A stretch of 64,000 nt of DNA from Octopus vulgaris (Eukaryota). This document shows, in pieces, positions 27,074 to 40,170 of this stretch. How positions within the stretch are numbered: position 1 is the stretch's first letter; every line of letters begins with the position of its first letter. The DNA is taken from assembly GCA_951406725.2 (NCBI GenBank), contig OX597837.1:18910001-18974000 (forward strand), in the 5' to 3' direction. The notes under the pieces are model-generated. The model saw only the letters and a program-made list of their open reading frames with translations. It was not told the origin of the DNA and made no database searches. The translations under genes and the position numbers were made by a program.

Positions 27074-27126
<53 letters not shown>

Positions 27127-27761
27127 ACTTGTGTGTATTTGTCTCTGTGTTTGTCCCACCACCAGCACTTAACAGATGTTGGTTTGTTTACATTCACATC
27201 ACTTAGTGGTTCACCATTAGAGATCAACAGAATCAGTATCAGACTTAGAATGAATATAACAACTGGGATCAGTTTGTTCAACTAAAATTCTGCAAAGAGG
27301 TGCCCCAGTGTGGCCATGACCCAATGACTGAAATAATAAAGATATAAAAGATATTCCTAGAAGACTGGACAGTCATGATTTGAAAGCCTTTAGGTCACAC
27401 ATAGACTGGCTTGATAAGAGTTGACCCAGGGTTAAATAGAAACAAATGCTTGGAAGCTGGGAAACACTCCACCCACTCAAACATTTATGGCTGTTAATTA
27501 GATTACACAGTCTGTTGTAAGATTGTTATCAGTGAGTAATGATGGAGTGTTTAGATAATCTAAAACTGGTTCTGGATAGATTTCATTGGCGAAATAAATA
27601 CACAATCCAATTGATTTTTATTGAGTTGTTCTACGTAGTGATTCACAAGTACCTTTAGCATTTAAATGACATAAAAAACCATTTTTTTTGTTCTGTCAGT
27701 TTTGTTTTTATATATAATACTATCTTAGCTAGTTTTGTTGTGAATATCTTTTGACATAAAA

Positions 27762-27805
<44 letters not shown>

Positions 27806-27936
27806 ATCGTTTAGCGTCCGCTTTCCATGCTAGCATGGGTTGGACAGTTCAACTGGGGTCTGGGAAGTCAGAAGGCTGCACCAAGCCCAGTCTGATCTGG
27901 CAATGTTTCTACGGCTGGATGCCCTTCCTAATGCCA

Positions 27937-28015
<79 letters not shown>

Positions 28016-28289
28016 GTTTCATATTTTGCTAAAAGGGTAGCAATTTGGGGGGAGAGGATGAGTTAATTATATTTACCCCAGTATTCAACTGGTATTTATT
28101 TTATCAACCCCAAAAGGATGAAAATTAAAGTTGACCTTGGTAAAATTTGAACCCAGAACGTAGCAATGGGCAAAATACTACTGAGCATTTCTTCCAATGC
28201 ACTAATGATTCTGCCAGCTCGTCGCCTTAAATAATAATAATAATGGTGGTGGCGGCGGTGGTGTGGTATGGTGGTGGTGGTGGTGGTGT

Positions 28290-30238
28290 CAGAATTAATC
28301 TATGTACAGTGTGACAGAAGTTTTAAAAAATAGCAAATTAGAAAGGACCGGGCCCGGATGGAGTTCAAGGCTATTAGCTGAAGAATTTTACACAGTTGCA
28401 TGAAAAGATTATTGTGCAACTGGATGACTTTATGCAGCAAGGTCACATTCCTGCCTGGATGACAAGTGGATGAATGCTGCCATGTTTCAAGGATCCCTTC
28501 AAAGGGAACTTGGCATCAAATTTTCGACCTATTACCTGTTTGCCACTTGTGTGGAAGCTTATGACCAGTGGAAGGGTTAGACACCCATCTGCAAAGTAAC
28601 AATCTACTACCAGAAGAACAGAGAGGATACAGGAAAGAGGGTAGGGCAACAAAAAATCACTTATTACTTGATAAAATGACAATTAGAAACTGTAGACACA
28701 GATTGACAAGACTGAATGTAGCATGGCTAGATTACAAAAAAGTATATGACATGGTACCTCACAGTTGGATAGGTAAACCAATGAGCATGTTTGAAATAGC
28801 AAAAAACATAGAGAAAATGCTTAATGAAAGTATGAAACATTGGAATACTGAATTGATTGGAGGAAAACAAAAACTCGGAAAAGGAACATCAGAGATGGAA
28901 TATTCCAAGGTGATAGCTTATCTCCATTACTATTCGTATTGGTCATGTCATCACTCATTAAGATACTATGAAAAGTTAAAATTGCTTATGGTTTTGGATA
29001 ATTAAATGGTCAGATAAATCATCTCCTTTTCATGGATGATATAAAGGTTTATGTGGAAAGGGAGAAACAGCTTGGAAGTCTTGTACATACTATCTGCATT
29101 TTCTCAAAGGACATAAGTTTGAGATAGAAAAGTTTACTATATTGAAAATGAAATGAAGAAGATTTGGAAGAAGCCAGAGAATTGAAATGCCAAATGGACG
29201 AACAATGAGAGCAATTGAGAAAGGATAGTGGTATAAGTACTTAGGAATACTGGAAGCAGGCGAAATAAAAGAATGAAGAAATGAAATCAATGACCAGTAG
29301 GGAGTACACAAGGAGAGTAAGAAAATTATTGCAGTCAGAGCTGAATTCAATAAATATTATTGAAGTAATAAATTCAAGAGCAGTACCCTTAATTGGATAT
29401 GGAGTTGGAATTATAGGGCCAAAAATGATATAAAGTAACTTGCCAGAAAAATTAGAAAGTTGTTGACAATGTATGGAGCCTACCATTTGAAAGCTGAGAC
29501 CAAGATGGAAGAGGTTTAATAGCAATAGAAGAATGTGTGCAGATGGAAAGAAAAGGTGTAGTAGAGTATTTACAGAGCAGTACAAAAAAACTACTAAAGA
29601 CAATAAATAAAGAACAATTGATCAAGTGCATAATAGGAGAAAAGGACAAGAATGAAACACAAAGAGAGCCCGTCAGACATGAAGAGAAACCTCTGCATGG
29701 CCAATTTTGGAGAGCCACTGAAGGCGGAACAAAATTCTGGGCTTGGTTAAAAAAAGGGGCAATTAAGGTAGAGTCTAATTGTAGCAGCCCAAGATCAAAT
29801 GATAAAAACAAACAACTTGAGAAAAAAATAATAATGGAGAGAATGTGTCGGAAAGATGTAGAGCCTATGGAACTTGGAATGAGACAGTGGCACACATTGT
29901 GACAGAATGCTTCAAGTTGGCACAAAAAAGAGTATGAAAAAAAAAATGGTTTTGGAAGGGTGATGCCTACCCTGCATAGAGATGGAGTTACTCTGGCTGT
30001 CACTGCTTTTCCATGTCACAAAGGCAGGGATTATAGATCTTTTATCTTTTATGAATCTCAGTTATTGGACTGTGGCCATGCTGGGGCACTGCTTTGAAAG
30101 GTTCAATTGAATAAATCAACTCCAGTACTTATCTTTTTAAGCTTAGTACTTATTCTATCAGTCTCTTTTGCCAATCCACTAAGTTATGGGGGACACAAAC
30201 AAACTAATACCAGTCGTCGAATGTTGATGAGTGACAAA

Positions 30239-30275
<37 letters not shown>

Positions 30276-30310
30276 CATCAGTGTACACATACACTCACGT
30301 GCACGCACAC

Positions 30311-30362
<52 letters not shown>

Positions 30363-30603
30363 AGTTGCACTGATGCATTGGGAACAGTAAGCAAAAGATA
30401 TAGACAAATGGCTGAAGGAGATTGGAATAGAATGTTCAGTAGAGCTCATAGAGAATGTTTGTCTCTTAAAGACAGCAAGGATTATCAGGAGGGTTCTAAG
30501 CACATGAAAGGCTGCTGAAAACTTGTAGATACCTAAGGTTACAGGTAGTAACCTGCTACCCACATAAATTCTACCAGGAATAAGACTAAACCTGAGTCAG
30601 ATC
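28290..30603 (+). mobile_element. 5'-truncated R4/Dong-type (RLE) non-LTR retrotransposon, decayed
   Basis: RT motifs [71 protein letters not shown] and EKPLHGQF, plus C-terminal ALGTVSK. It ends in (TAA)n at 30604. Confidence 0.85.
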
Positions 30604-30623
30604 AATAATAATAATAATAATAA

Positions 30624-30810
30624 TCTCAAAAAGATTGGTGCAAGTGTGAAGGTAGAACTCCTACAAAATCAGCATTGCTTGGAACTGCAAGAATTCTTCA
30701 CAGGGTTCTTGAAGCATGACCAGTAAACAAGTGTCACCTTAGTCTGCTGGCTGTGAACAGCTGACACTTTCCACCATACCCAGCAAAATAAGCTGAGAGT
30801 TTTCATCAAA
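30624..30810 (+). mobile_element. Second R4/Dong-type 3' end fragment, inserted in (TAA)n
   Basis: Encodes LKKIGASVKVELLQ/SALLGTARILHRVLEA* and a short 3' UTR, with (TAA)n on both sides. Confidence 0.7.
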
Positions 30811-30829
30811 TAATAATAATAAAAATATT

Positions 30830-30876
<47 letters not shown>

Positions 30877-30878
<2 letters not shown>

Positions 30879-31507
30879 GCCCTGATGCAGTACCATGCCC
30901 TGATGCAGTACCATGCCCTGATGCAGTACCTATGCCCTGATGCAGTATAAATGCCCTGATGCAGTACCAGGCAGTGGCTCTCATGGCTTCTGATCTTAAC
31001 TGATTGGAAGTGTTATCATGTACATTGTTTTGTCTTGGTATAAAAGATGGGCTACAGCAAATATTCTGCTCAATACCACAGATTTGCTTGTCAGTTGTTT
31101 GACCTTAACCAGTTGAGCATGTCCCTTAGTGGCTGACGATATGTGCATCTCTGATCACGAGCAGAAGTAGTGGGGGAGCATCATAGCCATGTGTTGAGAG
31201 GGATTCTTTGGGGTTTGAATAGTTCACCTCTGGAAACATGGGTGGTTCTTTCAACATCCTTAAACAACCCTTATTCAGGGACCGTTTGAGCGGGATGGGC
31301 TACTCAACCTGAAGAAAATTCTAACTGGGCCCCACCTGCAAGGTCATGTGCTGTTTATCTTGATATGAGATCACCATGTCGCGCACATATGGTTGTGATG
31401 CATGTGCCTGGTGTACCTTTATCAGACGGGTAGTCATGATGGGTATATTGGGCTTCATATATTTTACCCCAGTGTCACTTTGATGGCATGAACTGCTCTC
31501 TCACTCA
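30877..31507. mobile_element. About 630-bp non-coding insertion in (TAA)n with a 5x amplified 18-bp terminus
   Basis: Flanked by (TAA)n on both sides. ATGCCCTGATGCAGTACC occurs five times at 30877-30968. No ORF. Confidence 0.55.
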
Positions 31508-31721
31508 ATAATAATAATAATAATATTAAAATGGGGAAAATACACACTACTAAATGATAAAATAGCAAGATTGTAGGCAGTGAGGAGAGTAACTGTTATT
31601 CTAGAGTTGTAGGGGTCACTTGGAGCACTAACAACAAAATACTGCTAAGCATTTTACCTGGCATGCTAACAATTCTGTCAGCTCAACACCTTAAAAATAA
31701 TTATGATGATGATGATGACTT

Positions 31722-32400
31722 CTTTTATTTGCCACAGTGGCACTTGATGAGAGGGTCATTACAAAGAGTTTAGCATTTGTGTTGGGGGTTTACATAAAGG
31801 ATGAAGGAAAGAAAGGGAGAGGAGTGAGAAATTAGATAAAAGTACACATAGTGAGCACATTTATGATGCAGGGCTCCTGATACTGGAGAAACTTCCAAAT
31901 AGGGCCAATCAAGGAAACCCTCAAATCCAGGATCACCTTGACCATCAAGGGCACAATACCCTGCCTTACTGTCATACTCCAAACTATAGGTGCATACTTA
32001 GAGTAGGTCCTTTTACCATAACAGTCTTTGCCAAAGTCACCCATATTTTGACAAATTCATTAGGAGAGAGAGTACTTTCGCTCCAACCCCACTTTTCTTT
32101 CTTAGAGGACGTTGGAAAAATTCAATGAGGACTTGTCTGAAGAGGAATGTGTCTAGCCTCAATCCTTTCAATCTTGTCTACTACGCAAGTTCCTTCACCA
32201 TAGCCACTAGGCAGATGGACATTGCCTGCCTCACCTTGTTAAAGATGGGTGGTGGGGCAATGCTAATCATGGACTTGGCTGATGGCTGGATTTGTCCTAC
32301 ACATTACAACAGCTGTTTGATGTAATTCTACAGTTCAACAACACTTTGACACTGCACAAGAGCATGTAGTGTGATTTTGTCACTCTGCATGTGTTTCAGC
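31722..32400 (-). mobile_element. L1/Tx1-like LINE 3' fragment, decayed
   Basis: The minus translation contains ITLHALVQC (tail of a CCHC/zf-RVT-like motif), ICLVAMVKE and FVKIW. It is followed by a 3' UTR ending in AAATAAAAG. Confidence 0.5.
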
Positions 32401-32603
32401 TCCCCACCACTGCACCATGTAGTTACTCAACTGGTAAGAAATAGCAACCAAAATTCCCTTGAATCACAGTGCCGAAAGCAACAACACACTGGACTTTGTA
32501 GTTCTAGATACAAAAAAGGAAAGAAAAACTCAAGATAGTCACTGGTGGAATGCCTTTGATCATGGGTCTGTCAAATCAGGTTTGATTTGGGAATTAAACA
32601 AAA

Positions 32604-32696
32604 ACTACTACTACTACTACTGCCACCACCACTGCCACCATTGCCACCACCACCACCACCACTGTTACCACTACTCTGTTGTTGCTGCTGCTGTTG

Positions 32697-32739
<43 letters not shown>

Positions 32740-32850
32740 CACCACCACTGCCACCATTGCCACCACCACTGTTACCACAATTCTGTTGCTGCTGCTACTA
32801 CTGCTGCTGCTGCTGCTGCTGCTACTACTACTACTACTACTACTACTACT
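32604..32850. repeat. Composite trinucleotide microsatellite (CTA/CCA/CTG) duplicated as a ~115-bp unit
   Basis: Direct reading: the CCACCACTGCCACCATTGCCACC...TGTTACCAC...TCTGTTG block occurs twice. Confidence 0.85.
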
Positions 32851-34848
32851 TATTTATTTATTGGCATATTGTCTGAAGAATATTCTTTACAGCTGTATGT
32901 CTTTCCTATAGCAGTGAAAACCTATCAAATTCTTTGGCAATTAATTTTATCATGTTTTATTTCACCAAAATTTTTATGAGATGTAACTCTGAAACATGTG
33001 TACAATGTGTCCCTTTTCCTCTCTATGGCTCCTTTACTGTTCACTTTTCTGTCTTCTTGTATTTTATCTTAATTACTATGCATGTACATTTGGATATCAA
33101 AGCTGTCTTTCCTCGACATAATTGCCACTTTCTATCCCTGCTTTTACCCTTTTCAAAATGTTGTAGTGGGCTTGAGCATTGTATACAACAAGCTCGTTAT
33201 TATTATTATAAAACAGAAAGAGGTGAGTTGGCTGAGTCCTCAGCATGCCAGACAAAATGCTTCACATCATTTCTTTCAGTTTCATGTTCTGAGTTCAAAT
33301 TCCACCGAGGTCGACCTCACCCTTTGCCTTTCATTGTTTTGGAGTCAATAAATATCAGTTGAGCACTGGGGGTCAATGTAAATGACCAGCCACCCAACTT
33401 CCTTTTCACCCAAATTTCTGGCCTTGTGCCTTTTGTAGAAAGGATTATTATTATAAAATTGAAATATTTACTGAGTGTAGGCTCCAGTGGTGTTTATGTT
33501 ATATAATACCTAAATTTTTATGGAAAGTAAAAAGTAAATATTTATAGAACATGTGACAGAATCCAAGAATTTAAGACTTACTAATACCAGTCAGATGGGG
33601 TGGGGTTAAGGATTATCAATGATTAAAATAGATCCTTTATTAGCAGCATAATTTTGTGAAAAATACAAAATTGAAATAACTGTTAGATAATTACATTTGC
33701 ATTGAACTGCAGAAGATTTATCTGAACCTGTTTGCTCTACAGACAGATTTGTAGGGCATATCTGTTTACCCTCTGACTACAGGTGGAGAAGGTTGTACTA
33801 TTTGAGCCCCAAATATTTATAGAATGTGAGACCTAAATATTTGTACAATATCTAAACAGCCAACACATTCCTGGCAACAGCTGAGATGCCAATGGACAAA
33901 CAAATATGTATAATAAATATTTAATGGGTGTTGCTAGGCCACCATCAAATGGTTTCTCATTATCTAAACCAGGAGTTCCTACACTTTTGAATGTGTTGAC
34001 CCCATCACTGACTTATATGGCCTTCATTCAGCTCGGTCACATACTCAGTAAAATATTGGTATGAGAACTTTCAAAGTTTACCTTTTACCTCTTAAATGTT
34101 TCACTCAGTCGACCATGGCCATGCTGGGGCACTGTTTTGAGGGGTTCAAATGAATAAATTGACCCCGGTACTTATTTTTTAAGCCTGGTACTTATTCTAG
34201 TGGTTTGTCTTTGTTGTAAAGTGATAAGAACATAAACAAACCATCATCAGTTGTCGAGTGGTGGTATTGGGGGGACAAATACAAACACAAAAATGCACAC
34301 ACATAGATACATACATATACATATTTCCCATTGATAATAGCATTTCCTATTGATAGTGGTATTTCCCATTGATAACAAATAAAGAGCCAGAAACATGTGT
34401 GGGAATCCGATGGGTGGGGGGCAGCACTGGACAGCTATAGTGTTATTACACCTTTTTACCATAGTGACGGCAGAGAATTTGTCTTTAGAAGTTGAAATAT
34501 GTCACAAACATATTCTAATCTAAAGTTTGCTTTTGCCTAAACACTGTTTGCCACTGATACTGCTGTAACTTTTTCTGACTTGGCAGTCTAATGGTACAAC
34601 TCAGTCAATGCTGTAGACTGTGTTTTAAAGCAACAGCTTTATTTAAGTCTGATCATAGTTGCTTCTCTTTGGTATTTCCCATTGATAATGGCTAAAGAGC
34701 TAGAAGCATGTGTGGGAATCCAGCAGAGGGTAGCACTGGACAGATATGGCATATTTTTACACCTTTTTATCATGGTAACTGCAGTGAATTTGCTTTAGAA
34801 GTTAGAATTTGTCACAAACACATACATACACACAGACACACAGACACA

Positions 34849-34916
<68 letters not shown>

Positions 34917-37771
34917 GATTTCTTTTAGTTTCTGTCAACCAAATCTACTCTCAAGGCTTTGATCAGCCTGGAGCTTTAGTACAAGACATTTAGCTAAGGT
35001 GTCATGCAGTGGGGCTGAACCCAAAACTATGTCGTTGGAAGCTTCTTACAACACAGCCATACCTGCACATATGGGAAAGAAATTAAGAAATTTTTTCCTC
35101 TGCCACATTTGTAACTTCATGACATAGCAACATTGCCAAATCATGAAAAGTGTTCTCTGCCATGTTTGTGTCATGCCTTGATGACACAGAGCAAGTTACT
35201 CTGGCTGTCACTGCTTTTCCATGTCACAAAGGCAGGGATTATAGATCTTTTATCTTTTATGTGTCTCAGTTATTGGACTGTGGCCATGCTGGGGCACTGC
35301 TTTGAAAGGTTTAATTGAATAAATCAACTCCAGTACTTATCTTTTTAAGCTTAGTACTTATTCTATCAGTCTCTTTTGCCAATCCACTAAGTTATGAGGG
35401 ACACAAACAAACTAATACCAGTCGTCGAATGTTGATGAGTGACAAAATACACACACACACACACATATATATTCAACAGGTTTCTTTTGAGTTTTTGCTC
35501 ATCAAATTTGCTCAAAAAGCTTTGGTCAGTCCAGGGCTATAGTAGTAAATGCTTACCTGAGATGCCATGCAGTGGGACTGAACCTGTGAATATGAGGCTG
35601 AAAAGCTAACTTCTTACAACCAAGCCTATGTGACAAGAAGTTTGCTTGAGCATTCAAATTTTCAAATTTGAAATTTAAAATTTGTCATCCTCCTGGACTT
35701 TATTGACCACCTAGAATTTGCATCACTGCTCTACCCACCTGACGTTTTGTATCAGCCACTTTAGGAACCTTTGTTTGAATCTCTAGTGGAATATTCAGTC
35801 AAACATGGATAATTTTTCTTCAGATTAATGGTAACAGCTGGAAATTGCAACTGTAAAGGAAGTCAGGTGTATTTACTAGGGACTGAACTATTGTCACACC
35901 TGACCAAAATAAGGAAGAAAAACTCACCTATAGACATTATCACCTTGAAACCAATAAGGGAAGCCTCTGTGTGATCACTTGATGTGTTATAAAATGACAG
36001 GATAGTCATGCTTAGAACACCCTTGATTATGAATTTGGTGCTAAACATCACTGTCATCAACACCATCACCACCGACCATCCACCACCACCACCACCACCA
36101 CCACAACAACAACAACAACAACAACTATAATAAATCTTCTGTTCTGAACATTATTTTGACAGGGTTTAGTTTCTTATTTTATTTATTTGAAGATTTGCAC
36201 AAACTTCCCTGCAGTTTGCTGCTATTAGATTTGCTTAGTTGCTATGACAACCCTCCCCACTCCATCCTCTTTTTCCTCCTCCTCCAAAGCAGTGTGTCAC
36301 TCCCCTATCCACCTCCACCCACCTTCAATTACCCTTCTTGTCTACAATTCCTAATCTGTACACCATATAATAACAAACATTCCCTAACTACACTCTATTA
36401 TATATTCTCACTGTTGTTGTCAGATATTGTTACAACATGCTGACAGACAAAACGGTTGGTTGTGTCTTCGTTAGCATAGACACTTACTTAATGACTTCAT
36501 TTCCATGAAGAGAGAAAACAAGAACCACACAGAAGATAAACAGCATGAGGAGACAAGGAGGCTGAAGAGTCAGGGAGGTGTTTGTTTCACTAATTAATTA
36601 ACTCAAGGAGATGTTTATTTGTTATTTGTTTCAGCTAATTAATTAACTGAAGAAGATGGTGATCACTTCTTGATGATGTCTACCTGAATTTCACTAGAGA
36701 AACACATTTCTGTTACAATTAATTATTACATTTATAATGTGTGAGTTTGTGTACGCATAATTATTGAGACCTTGACTCCCAGTAGTATTGTCAAAGTGCT
36801 GTCATAATATACAGAATATATTTGGCATTTTATGCAATACGCTAAATAAGGTGAGGCAGTTAATGGTTTTAAACTGCATCCTTGTTTTGAAGTTCCAGGG
36901 TTTTGAAGAGTGTGGGACCACCTCTTGGCCCACTATTGTTCCCAGATCTATTCTCACTCTGAGTAGTATCTGTCAGAGTTCTAGCAATGAGTTTAATAGC
37001 ATGTAACACCTGAGCCATATGTTGAAATCATGGGATGGAGTATGGTGAATGTTAACTGATTTGGCAAATGTATCTTATTTGCCAATGGTGAATATTGCTA
37101 GATGCTGAGTGGCTGAACAAACTGCAAATGACCAGAATCAACCAGTGCAGTTAGCAAACCATTGCTATCATCTGTAACTGCAGCATGTGTAGATGAGATG
37201 TTTCAGATATCAAAAGGTATCAATGTGATTAAAGCCTAGGCTAGACATTTATGCAGCATCACTTAATAGGGACATCTGATGTGGAAGAGGTGCATTATTC
37301 CAGGTGGATTGCCTGACTGGAGGAGGAGGAGGAGGAGGAGGACAACGACAATGATTGTAGATTAGGCAGTTAATGGCTCTCATTGTTATTACACAAAGTT
37401 TTTCAAAGGCATGAATGCACTCGTCTCAATCAGATATCTGCAGAAAACTGATGAATTAAACTCATGCTTTCATGACTTCATCAATCACTGATAAGATCCT
37501 CCCCATATGTGTGAAACCAGTCCAGCTGATCCCACTTTTCCTATCCACCAAATAAGATGTTTATGTGCAGTCAGGGGTAGAGTCTATATCTTATAGCATA
37601 CAGTATAACAAATGTGTGTGTGTGTAGTGGTTGGCATTAGGAAGGGCATCCAACCACAGAAACTATGCCAAATCAGACTGGTGTCTGGTGCAGCTCCCCA
37701 ACTTGTCAGTTCTGGTCAAGTTGTCCAGCCAAGGCCAGCATGGACAACAGACATTAAATGATGATGATGAT

Positions 37772-37802
<31 letters not shown>

Positions 37803-39456
37803 AGAGAAGGTTGATAATGACAGCAAATTTTATCAGTCATTAGGTTCTTCTCACTGGAAATCTTTTTTTTAAGACTTTATGTATTTTTAGTGGGGAATTT
37901 GTAGTTTAATAGTGTATTTATGAGGCATATGATAATCAGCTTTATGGATTATTTGATTGGATGAGCATAAAAAAAAAAGATATGCCAAAAAAGAAGAAGG
38001 AGAGGGAAAAGAAGAAAAATCCAAACAAAGCAAATGTCCCCTTCTTCATGACATATGGGTTACAGGAGTGGCTCTTTGACTTAAAGGTTCAGTCCATCTG
38101 ATAGGTTTCCATTGTTTCTTTGTGTCCAGTTTCACTCAAAAGAGTTGGAGTAAGTATGGAGGCTTACGGTGAAACATACTTTCTAAACCCTGGAAACAAA
38201 TCCAGCACCTCACAATTGCACAGAAAAGTGTTTTCGATATTAATCTAACCCTAACCTAAACTCTCTCATCTTTAAATTAGATGCTTTTACAACAGGTGAG
38301 TTTGAAAGTCTTTTTTTATAAAGAACTATTTTTATAGCACAGACTCAAGCATGCTGTGTGGTTAAGAAGCTAACTTTGCAACCACATGGTTTTCAGTTCA
38401 ATCCAATTGTGTAGCATCATGAACAAGTCACTTCCACTATAGCCCTAGGCTGACTAATGACTTGTGAACAAATATGGTAGATTGAAACTGTCTTGAACTC
38501 TGTTGAGTATGTGTATGTGTGTGTGTGTGTCACCCACCACCACCACTAAACAACCAGTGCTGGTTTGTTAACATCCCCGCAACCTAGTGTGATGTTTATA
38601 GAAAAAAAACTTAAAGTACTAAAGATCAATTCATTCAACTAACACTATTCGAGGTGGTGCTCCAGCATGGCCATAGTCCAATGACTGATACAAGAAAAAG
38701 GTAAAAGATAAAAGATAGCCTTGTATGATCTGGGTTTTATTTTTATTCACTTTGGACAGCAAGACATGGAAACATTTCCAAACTGGCCCATCTCATTCCT
38801 GCAAGAAATGGCAGTCAAACAGCCCCTACAAATCTCAAATCTCTATTGTCTTAGGTAAAAAGGAAGGCAAGCATAATAACCTCTGGCTAGGGGCTACCTA
38901 ACAACAACAACAACAATAACAAGAAGTACAACAACCAAAACAGGTTCAAGATCTCCAATTACTACAGCAAATTCAAGGAAACAACAGCAACTAAGCAATT
39001 ACGGCAACAGCACGAACATCACCACCACCACCACCACCATGTCTACTACTCCTATCAACAACATCAAGAACGTCAACAACAAGCCTTTATCAATTATATG
39101 TTCATGTTAGCTGGCCATCTCATGTGTGTAGATGTTTTTACTCCAACTGGTGAAACAGGTGGTAATGGATGTGAAGTTTGTTGTTGGTCAGTAATTGGTC
39201 AAGACTGGTTTTACAACAAAAATGACCCGGAAAGAAAAAGAAAAAGGGTAAAATAAAAAAAAAGAAAAAAGAAAAGGAAAGACGAAAAGAAAGAAAGAAG
39301 GAAGCAAGGAAGGAGAGGCAGCAAATGAGATTCCTGAAATGAAATGTTCCCTTCACATGTGTTCTTCCTCATTGTTTCCGAGATTCTGAAAGAAAGATTT
39401 ACTGATTTCTAGAGATTTATGGTTTTGCAGTGACTGGCAGCAGCGCCATAATTACT

Positions 39457-39660
39457 GCCACCACCACCACCACCACCACCACCACCACCACCACCACTGC
39501 CACCCCCAACCCACCACTGCCACCACCACCACCACCACCACCACCACCACCACTGCCACCCCCAACCCACCACTGCCACCACCACCATCACCACCACCAC
39601 CAACAACAACAACAACAACTTCTGCCACCAGTACCACCATCATGACCACCACCATCAGCA
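39457..39660. repeat. (CCA)n/(CAA)n composite microsatellite
   Basis: Direct reading. Confidence 0.9.
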
Positions 39661-39813
39661 CTGCCATCCCCCATCACCTTTTCCCCTCCCTCCCTCCCTC
39701 ACCAACCAAACAACCAATCAAAGCAGAGCGAAATAATTTATGATTCTCAATTTGAAAACAGTAAAAAGAAAAAGAAAAACCATAAAAATAAGGAAAGAAA
39801 TATAGAAGAGGGG

Positions 39814-39858
<45 letters not shown>

Positions 39859-40136
39859 CAAACATTATTGCTGCAGCTGCTTCTGGTAATGTTTCCTACA
39901 CTAATTGTGTGTGTGTGACGTGTGTGTGCATATGTGACACAGTATATATGAGTGTTTGGGGGGGGGGACTGACAGACTGTGTATGTTTATGCATTTGTAT
40001 ATTTGTGTGTGTGTGTGTGTGTGATAGTGAATCTGCTAAAAATAGTTGAACACATTATCCGATCAGAGGAGGATCCCATTGCATGTATGCAAGACATATC
40101 TCACTGGTGTCCTGCCTGAAGGCTGTTTGACACTGC

Positions 40137-40170
<34 letters not shown>

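Noticed and set aside
30877-30968. CRISPR-like array of 18-bp repeats
   Set aside because: The repeats are contiguous with no unique spacers, there are no cas genes, and the context is eukaryotic.
30951-31025. Possible HDV-like ribozyme at the start of the 630-bp element
   Set aside because: Two hairpins are present (TGCC.TG/CAGGCA and CTTCTGATC/GATTGGAAG), but I could not build the nested double pseudoknot.
32459-32979. Poly-P/poly-H/poly-T ORFs (also 39409-39667)
   Set aside because: Trinucleotide repeats are open in several frames, and there is no splice or homology support.
33700-33830. Possible small internal exon (CAG...GTGAG)
   Set aside because: Weak acceptor, and no convincing reading frame or homology.
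36436-36478. Small hairpin and nearby repeated AGGCAGTTAATGG (about 36854 and 37363) as a possible miRNA
   Set aside because: The stem is too short and imperfect for a pre-miRNA, and no known mature sequence was recognised.
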